From NCBI GenBank assembly GCA_963807165.1, contig CAWDZM010000001.1:32214-96213 (forward strand): a DNA stretch of 64,000 nucleotides. The letters run 5' to 3'. This document shows positions 8,580 to 19,554 of the stretch, piece by piece (position 1 is the first letter of the stretch; each line of letters opens with the position of its first letter). Made by a program: the position numbers and the translations under genes. Below the pieces are notes generated by a model. The model had not been told where the DNA came from and did no database searches. It worked only from the letters and a program-made list of their open reading frames with translations. Source of the stretch: an uncultured bacterium (GTDB taxonomy: Bacteria > Patescibacteriota > Minisyncoccia > UBA6257 > 2-01-FULL-56-20).

Positions 8580-10871
8580 ATGACAAACAAAAACCATTTC
8601 GAACAGGTGCGCAAGCGCGACGGTCGAATCGTCGCGTTCGATGAGGGAAGAATAACGAACGCGATCTTCCGCGCCATGCAGGCGCAGGGTGAGGGATCGA
8701 GCGACCATGCAGAGAAGGTTTCCGAGCAGGTGGCCGTCGCGCTTTCCAAAAAATATCCGGCGGGACACATTCCTACCATCGAAGAGATCCAGGACGTGGT
8801 GGAGAGCCAGCTCATCCTTATGGATTTTGCAAAGACCGCGAAGGGTTATATCTTATACCGCAACGATCGTGCCCAATTGCGCGAGAATACCAAGGTAATC
8901 CCCGAATCCGTGCAGAAGCTTGCGGCGGAGAGCAAGGCATTTTTCCATAATCAACTCGCAGAATTCGTTTATTACCGCACGTATGCCAACTGGATCCCGG
9001 AGGAAAACCGCCGCGAGACATGGATCGAGACGGTGGATCGTTATATAGCATTCATGCGCGAGAACATCGGCGAGAAGTTGACCGAGGCGGAATACAAAGA
9101 GGTGCGCCAGGCGATCTTGAGGCAGGAAGCGATGCCTTCCATGCGCTTGCTCCAGTTCGCAGGCAAGGCGGCGCGCGCCACGAACGTCGCCGCGTTCAAC
9201 TGCTCGTTCACCGCGCCGCAGAAGCTCGAGGACTTTGCGGAGATCATGTACATCTCCATGTGCGGCACGGGCGCCGGATTCTCCGTAGAGAGCCAGTACG
9301 TGCAGAAGCTTCCGCAGATCAAGCGCCAGGTGTTGAGTGGAAAGAAAAAAATGAAGAAGCACGTGGTTGATGACAGCAAAGAGGGCTGGTGCAACGCGCT
9401 CACGCTCGGCCTCAAGACGTGGTTCGACGGCAAGGATATTGAGTTCGATCTTTCGGAGCTTCGTCCAGCCGGTGCACGCTTGAAGACGATGGGCGGCAAG
9501 AGCTCCGGCCCGGAGCCGTTGCGCTCGCTCCTTTCGTTCGCGCGCGCGAAGATCTTGGCAAAACAGGGACGTCGCCTTTCAAATATCGATGTGCATGACA
9601 TCTGCTGCAAGATCGGCGAGGTGGTGGTGGCAGGCGGCGTGCGCCGCAGTGCGATGATCTCGCTTTCCGATCTCGACGACAAAGAGATGCAAACGGCAAA
9701 GACGGGCCAGTTCTACTTCACGGACCCTCAACGCTCGATGGCGAACAACTCCGCCGTCTACACGCGCAAGCCAGATGCGGAACAATTTATGGAGGAATGG
9801 CTTGCGTTGGCAAAGAGCCACACGGGCGAGCGCGGTATTTTCAATCGCGGCAGTCTTGCGCTCCAGATCCCAAAGCGCCGCAAGCGCTTGCTCGGTCAGA
9901 AGATATTGAAGATCGGCACGAATCCGTGCGGCGAGATCCTTCTCCAGCCAAAAGAGTTCTGCAATCTTTCGGAGGTGGTAGCGCGGGCGGAGGACACCGA
10001 AGAAACCTTGCTTCGGAAGATGCGCATTGCATCCATCCTTGGCACGTATCAATCAACACTGACGTACTTCCCATACCTTTCTAAGGAATGGAAGCAGAAC
10101 TGCGATACGGAGCGCTTGCTCGGCGTTTCCATCACCGGCCAGTGGGACTGCCCGGCGGTGCGGAACGAAGAAGTGCTCGCACGATTGCGTGATCGCGCCG
10201 TGGAGGTGAATAAAGAGTACGCAAAGCGGTTCGGGGTCGCTGCGTCATCTTCGGTCACGTGTGTAAAGCCGTCGGGCACGGTGTCGCAGACGGTGGACGC
10301 CGCGTCGGGATTGCACGCGCGCCATGCGGCATACTACATTCGCCGCGTGCGCATTTCCTCCAGCGACGCGCTCTTCCATATGATGAAAGACCAGAAGGTG
10401 CCGTACTTCCCGGAGGTCGGGCAGTCGGTATCATCGGCTTCCACATACGTCTTCGAATTTCCGGTGAAAGCACCAGAAGGTGCGGTGTTGAAAGATGATC
10501 TCTCCGCAATCGACCAGCTTGAGTATTGGCGCAAGGTGAAGGTGAACTACACCGAGCACAATCCGTCGGTGACGATTTCGATCGGCGAGAACGAGTGGAT
10601 CGCGGTGGCGAACTGGCTCTACGAGCACTGGGATATGATCGGCGGGTTGTCGTTCCTCCCGCGCGAGAACCATGCCTACCTTCTTGCACCGTATGAAGAG
10701 ATCACCAAGGATCGTTACGAGGAAATGGCGGCGAATATGCCGCAGATCGATTTCTCCCAGATCTTGCTGTACGAAAAAGAGGATTCGACTGACGTAAAGA
10801 AAGAACTTGCCTGCGTGGGTGGCGTATGCGAGGTCGACGATCTTCACGTTGACGCGGCGGTAGTCAAGTAA
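8580..10871 (+). CDS. nrdJ: Class II (B12-dependent) ribonucleotide reductase with ATP cone
   Basis: N-terminal VRKRDGR ATP cone, TNPCGE, KPSGT, C-terminal CVGGVC; no beta subunit nearby. Confidence 0.9.
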   Translation: MTNKNHFEQVRKRDGRIVAFDEGRITNAIFRAMQAQGEGSSDHAEKVSEQVAVALSKKYPAGHIPTIEEIQDVVESQLILMDFAKTAKGYILYRNDRAQLRENTKVIPESVQKLAAESKAFFHNQLAEFVYYRTYANWIPEENRRETWIETVDRYIAFMRENIGEKLTEAEYKEVRQAILRQEAMPSMRLLQFAGKAARATNVAAFNCSFTAPQKLEDFAEIMYISMCGTGAGFSVESQYVQKLPQIKRQVLSGKKKMKKHVVDDSKEGWCNALTLGLKTWFDGKDIEFDLSELRPAGARLKTMGGKSSGPEPLRSLLSFARAKILAKQGRRLSNIDVHDICCKIGEVVVAGGVRRSAMISLSDLDDKEMQTAKTGQFYFTDPQRSMANNSAVYTRKPDAEQFMEEWLALAKSHTGERGIFNRGSLALQIPKRRKRLLGQKILKIGTNPCGEILLQPKEFCNLSEVVARAEDTEETLLRKMRIASILGTYQSTLTYFPYLSKEWKQNCDTERLLGVSITGQWDCPAVRNEEVLARLRDRAVEVNKEYAKRFGVAASSSVTCVKPSGTVSQTVDAASGLHARHAAYYIRRVRISSSDALFHMMKDQKVPYFPEVGQSVSSASTYVFEFPVKAPEGAVLKDDLSAIDQLEYWRKVKVNYTEHNPSVTISIGENEWIAVANWLYEHWDMIGGLSFLPRENHAYLLAPYEEITKDRYEEMAANMPQIDFSQILLYEKEDSTDVKKELACVGGVCEVDDLHVDAAVVK

Positions 10872-10913
10872 TAAAGTGGAGGGGATAGGCGATGGCGTCA
10901 CCCCTCCATTTTT

Positions 10914-12002
10914 ATGTATGAAAAAATTCTAAAACCGGTCTTCTTTCGATTCGATCCGGAGCACGTCCACGATTTTTTTGTGTGGTTTGGTGAATTATTA
11001 GGGAGCAACTCGTTTACCCGATGGATCGTGGCGGTATCATGCGATTACGAACATCCGTCGCTCGCGACGCGCGTGGCGGGAATCAATTTTAAAAATCCGG
11101 TCGGGCTTGGCGCGGGTTTCGATAAAGACATCCGGCTGACGCGGACCATGCCCGCGGTGGGTTTTGGATTTATGGAGGTTGGCGCGATCACGCGGTTTCC
11201 GTATAAAGGAAATGACGGCCTGCGCCTTGCGCGCCTTCCGGACGACTGCTCGCTCATCGTCTATTACGGATTAAAGAACGATGGCGCGGAAGCGATTGAA
11301 AAGCGATTAAAAAAAATGAAGTTCGTGTTCCCGGTGGGGATCAACATCGCAAAGACCAATCGCGCGGATATTAAAGGAGAGAAATCAGTGGAGGATTATG
11401 TGGAGACCTATAAAATGCTCGCGCAGTATTTTGCGTACGTCACCTTGAACATCTCTTGCCCGAATGCGCAGGACGGGTGCACGTTCCAGGATCCGGCGAT
11501 GCTCGACGCGCTCCTTGCCGCAATTGGAAAAGAAAAAAAGGAGCGGCCGGTGTTTCTTAAGGTCTCGGCGCATCTTTCTACGGAAGAGATAGATGCGATT
11601 ATCGCGGTAGTAGAGAAGTACTCTTTCGTGGACGGATTTATCGTGGCGAATCTTGCCAAAGACCGAAGTGTTTTGCATTTGCGATCCTCTAAAGAAGAAT
11701 TGGGCGTGATCCCAGAGGGCGGCATCTCCGGCGCGCCGATCAAAATGCTCACGACGGCCATGATTCGGCATATTTATAAGAGGACGGGCGGGAAATATGT
11801 GATCATAGGGCTCGGTGGCGTGTTCACTGCGGAGGATGCGTATGAAAAGATCAAAGCGGGTGCATCACTCGTCCAGCTTGTGACGGGCATGATCTACGGC
11901 GGCCCGATGGCGATCAAAAAAATCAATCAAGGGTTGGTGAAACTGCTTGCACGGGATGGCTACGCAACGATCGCAGACGCGGTTGGGAAGAGCGCGCGAT
12001 AA
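10914..12002 (+). CDS. pyrD: Quinone-dependent dihydroorotate dehydrogenase
   Basis: DPEHVH, NPVGLGAGFDK, NISCPN, GGISG, GASLVQL. Confidence 0.9.
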   Translation: MYEKILKPVFFRFDPEHVHDFFVWFGELLGSNSFTRWIVAVSCDYEHPSLATRVAGINFKNPVGLGAGFDKDIRLTRTMPAVGFGFMEVGAITRFPYKGNDGLRLARLPDDCSLIVYYGLKNDGAEAIEKRLKKMKFVFPVGINIAKTNRADIKGEKSVEDYVETYKMLAQYFAYVTLNISCPNAQDGCTFQDPAMLDALLAAIGKEKKERPVFLKVSAHLSTEEIDAIIAVVEKYSFVDGFIVANLAKDRSVLHLRSSKEELGVIPEGGISGAPIKMLTTAMIRHIYKRTGGKYVIIGLGGVFTAEDAYEKIKAGASLVQLVTGMIYGGPMAIKKINQGLVKLLARDGYATIADAVGKSAR

Positions 12003-12019
12003 TCTGGTAATATGAGAAT

Positions 12020-13309
12020 ATGAAGATACAGAACTTTGACGAGCTTGCGACGACGGACGCGCGCCGGGCGTTGCTCACAATCGCCGAAGCGGGATACGAA
12101 GCGATCGATACAGAGGCGGTGCTCGCGAAGGCAATGCGGCTCGATGGCGACACGCTCTCGCTTGGCAGAATTATGATCGATCTCACCAGCGCCAGAAAAA
12201 TTATTTTTATTGCGATAGGAAAATGCGCTGCCAGAGCGGGAGTGTATGCCGAGCGTGTGCTGGGTGATCGCATCACGGCGGGCGTGGTGGTGGATATTGA
12301 ACAGTGTCCTGCGCTCACGCACCTACAGACATTCTGCGGTACCCATCCGCTCCCATCGGATGAAAACCTCCATGCCGCTGAAGCGATCGTGGCATCGCTC
12401 CAAGGACTCACCGATCATGACCTCGTGATCTTTGTTATCTCCGGCGGCGGCTCGACGCTCTTATTCTTGCCGGAAGATCCTGCGAGCAAAGAAGAAGTGC
12501 CTATCATGACCGCGCTCATCAATGCGGGTGCGACCATCCAGGATATCAACGTCATCCGCAAGCATCTTTCGCGCGCGCGCGGCGGCAACCTGGCGAAGGA
12601 TGCGTATCCCGCGCGAGTGGTGTCGCTCATTTTCTCCGATGTAGTCGGCGACGATCTTTCATCGATTGCGTCCGGGCCGACGGTGCGTGATCAAACGACG
12701 GTAGAGGAGGCCGCGTACGTTCTTGAAAAGTTTGATATTTTAAAAACCTGCGGGCTTGAGCGGTGCGGGCTCATCGAAACCCCAAAAGAAGAAAAATATT
12801 TTGCAAAGGTCTCGAATTTGCTCGTCGTTTCAAACTCGCATGCGCTCGAGGCGATGGAGGCCGCGGCGGCGCGGCTGGGCTTTGCGACGGACATCCGGAG
12901 TAGCGTTCTTGCGGGCGAGGCGGATGATGTCGGTTGGATGATCGCAGACGCGATCCATGCCGCGCCGCCGCGGACGGCGCTTTTGTGGGCGGGTGAGACG
13001 ACGGTGACGGTGCACGGCACCGGCCGCGGGGGAAGAAATCTGCAACTGTGCCTTTCCGCGCTGCGATTTGTGGCTGATGATGAAGAGATATTGTCGTTTG
13101 CATCCGACGGACGCGATCACGGCGCATTCGCAGGCGCTATCTGTGATACAATAACAAAAAGAGCCGCGGTTGAAACGGGCATCGACCCGGAATTTTTCCG
13201 CGCAAAGAACGATGCATATTCATTTTTTGAAAAAATCGGCAACTATCTCGATACCGGCGATACGGGGTCGAACGTTTCCGACCTGATCATCGCGTTAAAA
13301 GTTGATTAA
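12020..13309 (+). CDS. Glycerate kinase (MOFRL/DUF4147 type)
   Basis: IGK, HPLP, ISGGGS, SDVVGDDLSSIASGPT, GETTV, GRGGRN, TGSNVSD. Confidence 0.9.
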   Translation: MKIQNFDELATTDARRALLTIAEAGYEAIDTEAVLAKAMRLDGDTLSLGRIMIDLTSARKIIFIAIGKCAARAGVYAERVLGDRITAGVVVDIEQCPALTHLQTFCGTHPLPSDENLHAAEAIVASLQGLTDHDLVIFVISGGGSTLLFLPEDPASKEEVPIMTALINAGATIQDINVIRKHLSRARGGNLAKDAYPARVVSLIFSDVVGDDLSSIASGPTVRDQTTVEEAAYVLEKFDILKTCGLERCGLIETPKEEKYFAKVSNLLVVSNSHALEAMEAAAARLGFATDIRSSVLAGEADDVGWMIADAIHAAPPRTALLWAGETTVTVHGTGRGGRNLQLCLSALRFVADDEEILSFASDGRDHGAFAGAICDTITKRAAVETGIDPEFFRAKNDAYSFFEKIGNYLDTGDTGSNVSDLIIALKVD

Positions 13310-13331
13310 GGCCCAAAACTATTAAAAATTC

Positions 13332-15826
13332 ATGAAAAAATACATATTACAATTCGAAGAGGTTGGCATCAAGGACGTCGGGATGGTTGGGGGGAAGAAT
13401 GCATCGCTCGGTGAGATGATCCGGACGTTGGGATCAAAAGGCGTGCCGGTGCCATCGGGATTCACCGTCACTGCTGACGGCTATTATTACTTTTTGGCGA
13501 GCACCGGCCTCGATAAGTTTATTAAAGAAACGTTAAAAGGGTTGAACACGAAGAATCTCAAGGAGCTTGAGCGTGTAGGCACGTTGATCCGCGAAAAGAT
13601 GGTGGCCACGGAATTCCCGGATGACCTCAACAAGGATATCGTGGATGCCTATCATAACTTTATCGAAAAGCGTTACGGCAAGAACGCGGACGTCGCAGTG
13701 CGTTCTTCCGCCACTGCGGAAGATCTTCCGGGCGCGAGCTTTGCGGGCGAACAGGAGAGCTATCTCGGCATCCGTGGCGCAAAGGAGGTGTGCGTCGCGG
13801 TCCGTGCGACCATGGCATCACTCTTTACCGATCGTGCGATCTCGTATCGCGCGGACCGCGGCTTCGATCACTTGAAGATCGCTTTGAGCGCGGGCGTGCA
13901 GAAGATGGTGCGTTCGGATAAGGCGTGCTCCGGCGTTATGTTCTCGGTGGACACGGAATCCGGTTTCCCAAACATCGTTATCATCAACGGTTCGTGGGGC
14001 CTCGGTGAGATGATCGTGAAGGGCGAGGTCACGCCGGACGAATATATTATCTGGAAGGATGGCTTAAAGAACGGCGTCGCAAAACCGATCATCGAGCGCA
14101 AGCTCGGCGTGAAGTTACGCAAGATGATCTATCACCCGCGCGCGGGAACCGGCGTTGCTGACATTCAACAGACCAAAATTATTGATACGAGTGAAAGCGA
14201 GCGCGACACGTTTGTGCTGACCGATAAAGAAGTGGCACAGCTCGCGACGTGGGGCACTATGATAGAGAAGCACTACACCGACCACTATAAGAAGTGGACG
14301 CCGATGGATATGGAATGGGCAAAGGATGGCGTTACCGGCCAGATCTATATCGTGCAGGCGCGTCCGGAAACGATCCAGGCCGGCCGGGATTTCTCAAAGC
14401 TCACGGAATATATTCCGCTTGAGACAAAGAAGCCTATTCTTACGGGCGCGTCGGTGGGCTCCAAGATCGCGACGGGCAAGGCACACATCATCTTGGAGGC
14501 AAAACACATCGGCGATTTCAAAAAAGGTGAAGTGCTCGTGACGACGATGACCGATCCCGATTGGGAGCCGATCATGAAGATGGCGTCGGCGATCGTAACG
14601 GACAAGGGCGGGCGCACGTCACACGCGGCGATCGTTTCGCGCGAGCTGGGCATTCCGGCAATCGTCGGAACTGAGAAGGCGACGAAGCTTATCAAAACGG
14701 GGGAGCTCATCACGGTGGATACCACCGGCAGTGGCGGAAATATTTATCAAGGTGCGTTGAAGTTCAAAGTAGTGAATCACGACCTCAAAAAGATTCCGAA
14801 GACAAAGACAAAGGTAATGGTGAATGTGGCCGTCGCGGACAGCGCGTTCGAAGTTTCATTCCTGCCGAACGACGGGGTGGGTCTTGCGCGCGAGGAGTTC
14901 ATCATCGCGTCCAAGATGGGATTGCACCCGATGGCGCTGCTCAACTTAAAAGATCAGACGCCGGTGGTGCGTGCCGCGATCGAAAAGAAGATCGCGGGCT
15001 GGAATGATCCGAAGCAATATTATATCGACAACCTTGCGTTCGGCATCGCAAAGATCGGCGCGGCGTTCTATCCGCGCAAAGTGATCGTGCGCTTTTCGGA
15101 TTTCAAAACGAACGAATATCGCACATTGCTCGGCGGCGAGGCGTATGAACCAAAGGAAGAGAATCCGATGATCGGCTGGCGCGGCGCATCGCGATACTAT
15201 GACCCCAAGTTCAAACCGGCATTCATGATGGAAGCCGCCGCGATGAAGATGGTGCGCGAGGAGATGGGGCTTACGAATGTGATCCCGATGGTGCCATTCT
15301 GTCGCACGGTGGAGGAAGGCATCAAGGTGCAGGAAACGATGGCCGAGGCGGGTTTGATCACGAACTACATCGCGCATCGCGGCGGCAGGCTTGTCGCGCA
15401 CGCGAGAAAGTTCAAGCTCGGCGCAAAGGCCGGCACACACCGATCTACGTGATGTGCGAGATCCCGTCGAACGTGTTGCTCGCGGACAAGTTCCTCGATA
15501 TCTTTGACGGTATGTCCATCGGTTCAAACGACCTTACCCAGCTTACACTCGGTTTGGATCGTGATTCCGGTATCGTCACCAAGATCGCGAACGAGAATAA
15601 CGAGGCGGTAAAGATCCTGATCGGCGACATCATCAAGAAGTGCCGCGCGCGGAAAAAGTACATCGGCATCTGCGGTCAGGCGCCGTCGGATTATCCGGAC
15701 TTCGCGCAATTCCTCGTGACCCGCGGCATCGAAAGTATTTCGCTCAATCCGGACACCGTCGTCCCGACCACGATCGCGATTGCAAAAGAGGAAGCGAAGA
15801 TGAAAGGGAAAAAGGTTCCGAAATAA
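13332..15826 (+). CDS. ppsA: Phosphoenolpyruvate synthase (frameshift near 15435)
   Basis: [34 protein letters not shown]; C-terminal MCEIPSN...SIGSNDLTQ in a second frame. Confidence 0.92.
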
Positions 15827-15850
15827 GATTAAAAAATCGTTAAATCTTAT

Positions 15851-15879
15851 TTGACATCTGGTTGCGCGAAAGGTATTAT
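15851..15879 (+). promoter_or_regulatory. Sigma70-type promoter
   Basis: TTGACA-N17-TATTAT. Confidence 0.6.
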
Positions 15880-15992
15880 AGTTGAGGAGCAAGGTCCGCA
15901 AAACCTGTGGATGAAAACCCTGTTTGGCGCAAAAACGACCACCTAATAAGCGGCCGTTTTTTATTTTTATCGTTACGTGGTAATATCTCGGT

Positions 15993-16574
15993 ATGCCTAA
16001 TAAAAAGCAGTATTTTTTCGTCGGAATTATAACTATAATAGTTATTATCGCTGTGGGAGCCGATTTTTTTTGGCAGTCACGTCGGAATAATCCTCAGACG
16101 AATCCAGTAAGCATATTTAATATTTCAGCTCCTGCGGGATGGAAAAAACTTTCTCCTGCGGTATCTCCGACCGATCAGCCATTAACGTCTCAGACGATAG
16201 ATTTTGAAAAAATATCGACTTCGACAAATAGCAACAGAGTAGAACGGGCAATAGAAGTCAATTTTGAAAATTATGGAATCTCCATAGGGCCTTCGCTGAA
16301 TGGAGCCGGTTTATATGAATCTTTTGTTTCGGCGCAAACGTGGAATGTGGTTAACGGCTATATTATTTTGGGAATAACCCGCCCGAATCAGGTGATGTAT
16401 ATCGTTGTCGCTCCAAATGGAAATTATGATTATACTTATTCATTTTCTCTGACTTCCGCCCAAGCCGATTTGCCGGGGTTAAGCAACGCTCTAGTTGATT
16501 TAGCAGATGTACAAACTTTACAGGCAATGGCTCGGAATTTTACAGAAAGTCTTCCGGGTAGTATGTCCCAGTAA
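15993..16574 (+). CDS. Membrane-anchored extracytoplasmic hypothetical protein
   Basis: N-terminal TM, PAGW motif; distant paralog of the next gene. Confidence 0.65.
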   Translation: MPNKKQYFFVGIITIIVIIAVGADFFWQSRRNNPQTNPVSIFNISAPAGWKKLSPAVSPTDQPLTSQTIDFEKISTSTNSNRVERAIEVNFENYGISIGPSLNGAGLYESFVSAQTWNVVNGYIILGITRPNQVMYIVVAPNGNYDYTYSFSLTSAQADLPGLSNALVDLADVQTLQAMARNFTESLPGSMSQ

Positions 16575-16632
16575 GTTATTCGCCAGGGCGTGAAGTAGAG
16601 TCGAATTTTTTCTTCTACGTAGGATCAATTTC

Positions 16633-17253
16633 ATGCAAAATAAAAAAATATATTTGTTGATTCTAAGCTTAGCGCTAGTCGGCATTGGGAGCCTTGTCTT
16701 AGGACAGCATCTTTCCCATCAAGCAACGCAAACAGCATCCTTAGTATCGGCGCCTTCCATACCGAGTATTCCTACCCCCGCAGGATGGTATTTATGGGGA
16801 AGGGAGCATTTACCTAATTATCCCAATGCGACAGATACTACAGTCAATTATATGACCTTCGGCGATCAACCTATTAATAATACGGGCAATAATACTTCGA
16901 CATCTATCGTTGTTACCGCCAATGGAATCACTGATGGAAACGGTAACCCGACATCGACCGATATTGGGTGGGCATGGCTCCGCGGCATCTTGGATGCAGG
17001 AGAGAGTCAAACATCGACTCAACTTTGGGATGTCGTGAATAATAAGCTAGTGCTTGGAGAAGTAAGTCTCAACCCCTCGGGAAGATATATGCTTACTTAT
17101 TATCTCATCTATGGCGGCGATGAGTATTCATTCCAGCTTATTCCGTCTCCGTTTCTCCCTTCGTCGACCCAATACAATCAAGCGAACATCATCAATAGTC
17201 CTGACGCTCAGGTATTACGTGAAGTAGTAAAAGAGGTTGCTGGGCAGATATAA
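16633..17253 (+). CDS. Membrane-anchored extracytoplasmic hypothetical protein
   Basis: N-terminal TM, PAGW and W.VVN motifs shared with the previous gene. Confidence 0.65.
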   Translation: MQNKKIYLLILSLALVGIGSLVLGQHLSHQATQTASLVSAPSIPSIPTPAGWYLWGREHLPNYPNATDTTVNYMTFGDQPINNTGNNTSTSIVVTANGITDGNGNPTSTDIGWAWLRGILDAGESQTSTQLWDVVNNKLVLGEVSLNPSGRYMLTYYLIYGGDEYSFQLIPSPFLPSSTQYNQANIINSPDAQVLREVVKEVAGQI

Positions 17254-17292
17254 GCAACTCAAAAGTATCCTTTTTTGTTGTATAATACCCAT

Positions 17293-18285
17293 ATGGCACA
17301 CAAAGTAACATTCTTTAATTGCAGTAAATGGGGCGAAGAAGGGAGGTCGTATTTAGAGGCAAGTGCGAAGCTCAAGGCGGCGGGCGTGGCGGTGGAGTTC
17401 GTGGACGATATATTAAGCAAAGATAAAATTCCGCAAGGCGCGGCGGCGGCCTTTGACATCGCAGGCATTTTTATGGATTCGCCGGTGGACGCGGCAGTGA
17501 TAGCGGCGTTGCCGGAGCTCACGTTTATCACAACAGGTTCCACGGGCTTTGATCATATCGATCTCGCCGCCGCCGCCGCGCGCGGGATTCCGGTGTCGTC
17601 CGTTCCGGCATATGGCGAGAACACCGTCGCCGAGTTTGCGTTCGCGCTCATCCTCGCGCTCTCGCGCAAGATCATCAAAGCGAACGCGCGAGTGCGCATC
17701 GAGGGAAAATTTACCACCGACGGCCTCTGTGGTTTTGACCTCGCCGGCAAGACGATCGGCGTCGTTGGCACCGGCCGCATCGGCAAGCACGCGATTCGCA
17801 TGGCAAAAGGATTTGGTATGAATATCGTTGCGTACGATGTGTATCATGACGACGCCTTCGCAAAGGAAATGAATTTTACGTATCTGTCGCTTGAAGATCT
17901 TTTAAAACAGAGCGACGTCATCACGATCCACGCGCCATATCTTCCCACTACTCATCATCTGATCAATGTAGATAATGTTCATCTGATTAAACGCGGCGCG
18001 ATCCTGATCAATACGGCTCGCGGCGCGATCGTAGAAACGAAGGCGCTCGTTGAAGCGCTCAAAGATGGCACACTTGCGGGTGCAGGTATCGACGTACTCG
18101 AAGAAGAGGTGGCGATGAAGGCGGGGGATATGTCGCTCGACGCGGATCTTATCCAGTTGCCGAACGTGATCGTCACGCCGCATAACGCGTTCAATACTCA
18201 CGAAGCATTTCTTCGTATCCTCGATACCACAATCGATAACATCGTCGCGTTCATGAACGGCACGCCGACGAATTTGGTCAAATGA
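17293..18285 (+). CDS. D-isomer-specific 2-hydroxyacid (D-lactate-type) dehydrogenase
   Basis: STGFDHID, VAEF, GTGRIG, INTARG, DVLEEE, TPHNAFNT. Confidence 0.9.
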   Translation: MAHKVTFFNCSKWGEEGRSYLEASAKLKAAGVAVEFVDDILSKDKIPQGAAAAFDIAGIFMDSPVDAAVIAALPELTFITTGSTGFDHIDLAAAAARGIPVSSVPAYGENTVAEFAFALILALSRKIIKANARVRIEGKFTTDGLCGFDLAGKTIGVVGTGRIGKHAIRMAKGFGMNIVAYDVYHDDAFAKEMNFTYLSLEDLLKQSDVITIHAPYLPTTHHLINVDNVHLIKRGAILINTARGAIVETKALVEALKDGTLAGAGIDVLEEEVAMKAGDMSLDADLIQLPNVIVTPHNAFNTHEAFLRILDTTIDNIVAFMNGTPTNLVK

Positions 18286-19463
18286 AAATAAGTTCGCTGA
18301 GTGCGCGGCAGATCCTCGATTCCCGCGGACAGTGGACGATAGAAGCTTCGCTCACATTGCAGAACGGCATTCGCGCGACGGCGAGCGTGCCGCAGGGCAA
18401 GAGCACGGGCGCCACGGAGGCGCACGCGTTGCCTGCCGCGCAAGCGGTGAAGAATATCAATACCACAATTGCCACGCGCATCATCCATAAAGATTTTTTG
18501 GATCAGGCGGCGGTGGATGAATTTCTGGTGCGCCTTGATGGCACGCCGACGAAGTCGCGCCTCGGGGCGAACGCCATCCTTGGTATTTCGATCGCATTCC
18601 TCCGCGCCACCGCGCGCACAAAAAAACTTCCGCTCTGGAAGCATATTCGCGACGTCTACGGCATTTGGGTTGACCCGACCGCGACCGCCCTGCACCCGCG
18701 GCTTTTTATGAATGTGGTGAATGGCGGCCTGCACGCGGGTAATAATCTGCACTTTCAGGAATATTTAATAATCCCGAAGGCACGGACGTTTCGCGAGTCA
18801 ATTGATATCGGCACAGCGATCTATCATGCGCTTGGTGCGGCGCTCGTTAAGGCCAAGGGCCGCGGCGCGGCAAATCTTGGTGATGAAGGCGGTTTTGCGC
18901 CGAACTTTAAGAATGACCTCGAGCCGTTCCATCTGCTCCGCGCCGCCGCGAAGAAATTAAAACTAGATAAAAAAATCGATTTCGGTATTGATGCCGCCGC
19001 GACGGACATCAAAGGACTTTCGCGTCAACAGCTCAATAATACGTATAAGAAGTTAATCAAAGAATATTCGCCACTCTATATAGAGGATCCGTTCCCCGAG
19101 AACGATTTCAAAAATTTTGCGGCGTTCACAGCGATGAATAAAAAACTGTGGATCGCAGGCGATGACCTCACCACCACAAATACCGATCGCGTGGAAATTG
19201 CGCAAGCGAAGAAAAGTGTGAATGCGATCATTATCAAGCCGAATCAGATCGGCACCGTCACGGAAACCCTCAACGCCGTGCGCTTGGCACGGGCATTCAA
19301 GTGGGCGGTCGTCGTATCGCATCGCAGCGGCGAGACGAACGATGATTTCATTGCAGACCTTGCCTACGGCGTAGCCGCCGACGGTTTTAAGCTCGGAGCT
19401 CCTGCCCGCGGCGAGCGTATTGCAAAATATAATCGGTTGATGGAGATAGAAAACGGGAAATAG
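18282..19463 (+). CDS. eno: Enolase
   Basis: ILDSRG, LGANAIL, GDEGGFAP, GDDL, KPNQIG, SHRSGET. Confidence 0.92.
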   Translation: MKISSLSARQILDSRGQWTIEASLTLQNGIRATASVPQGKSTGATEAHALPAAQAVKNINTTIATRIIHKDFLDQAAVDEFLVRLDGTPTKSRLGANAILGISIAFLRATARTKKLPLWKHIRDVYGIWVDPTATALHPRLFMNVVNGGLHAGNNLHFQEYLIIPKARTFRESIDIGTAIYHALGAALVKAKGRGAANLGDEGGFAPNFKNDLEPFHLLRAAAKKLKLDKKIDFGIDAAATDIKGLSRQQLNNTYKKLIKEYSPLYIEDPFPENDFKNFAAFTAMNKKLWIAGDDLTTTNTDRVEIAQAKKSVNAIIIKPNQIGTVTETLNAVRLARAFKWAVVVSHRSGETNDDFIADLAYGVAADGFKLGAPARGERIAKYNRLMEIENGK

Positions 19464-19554
19464 TGGGAAAAAATAAAAACATAGTGCCGCTCCCACCACG
19501 CAAAAAAGTATACCTATCGCGGATTAAATTCATCTAAAATGGGATTTTACTGCA

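Noticed and set aside
8421-8580. Replication origin
   Set aside because: Only one clear DnaA box and no dnaA/dnaN nearby
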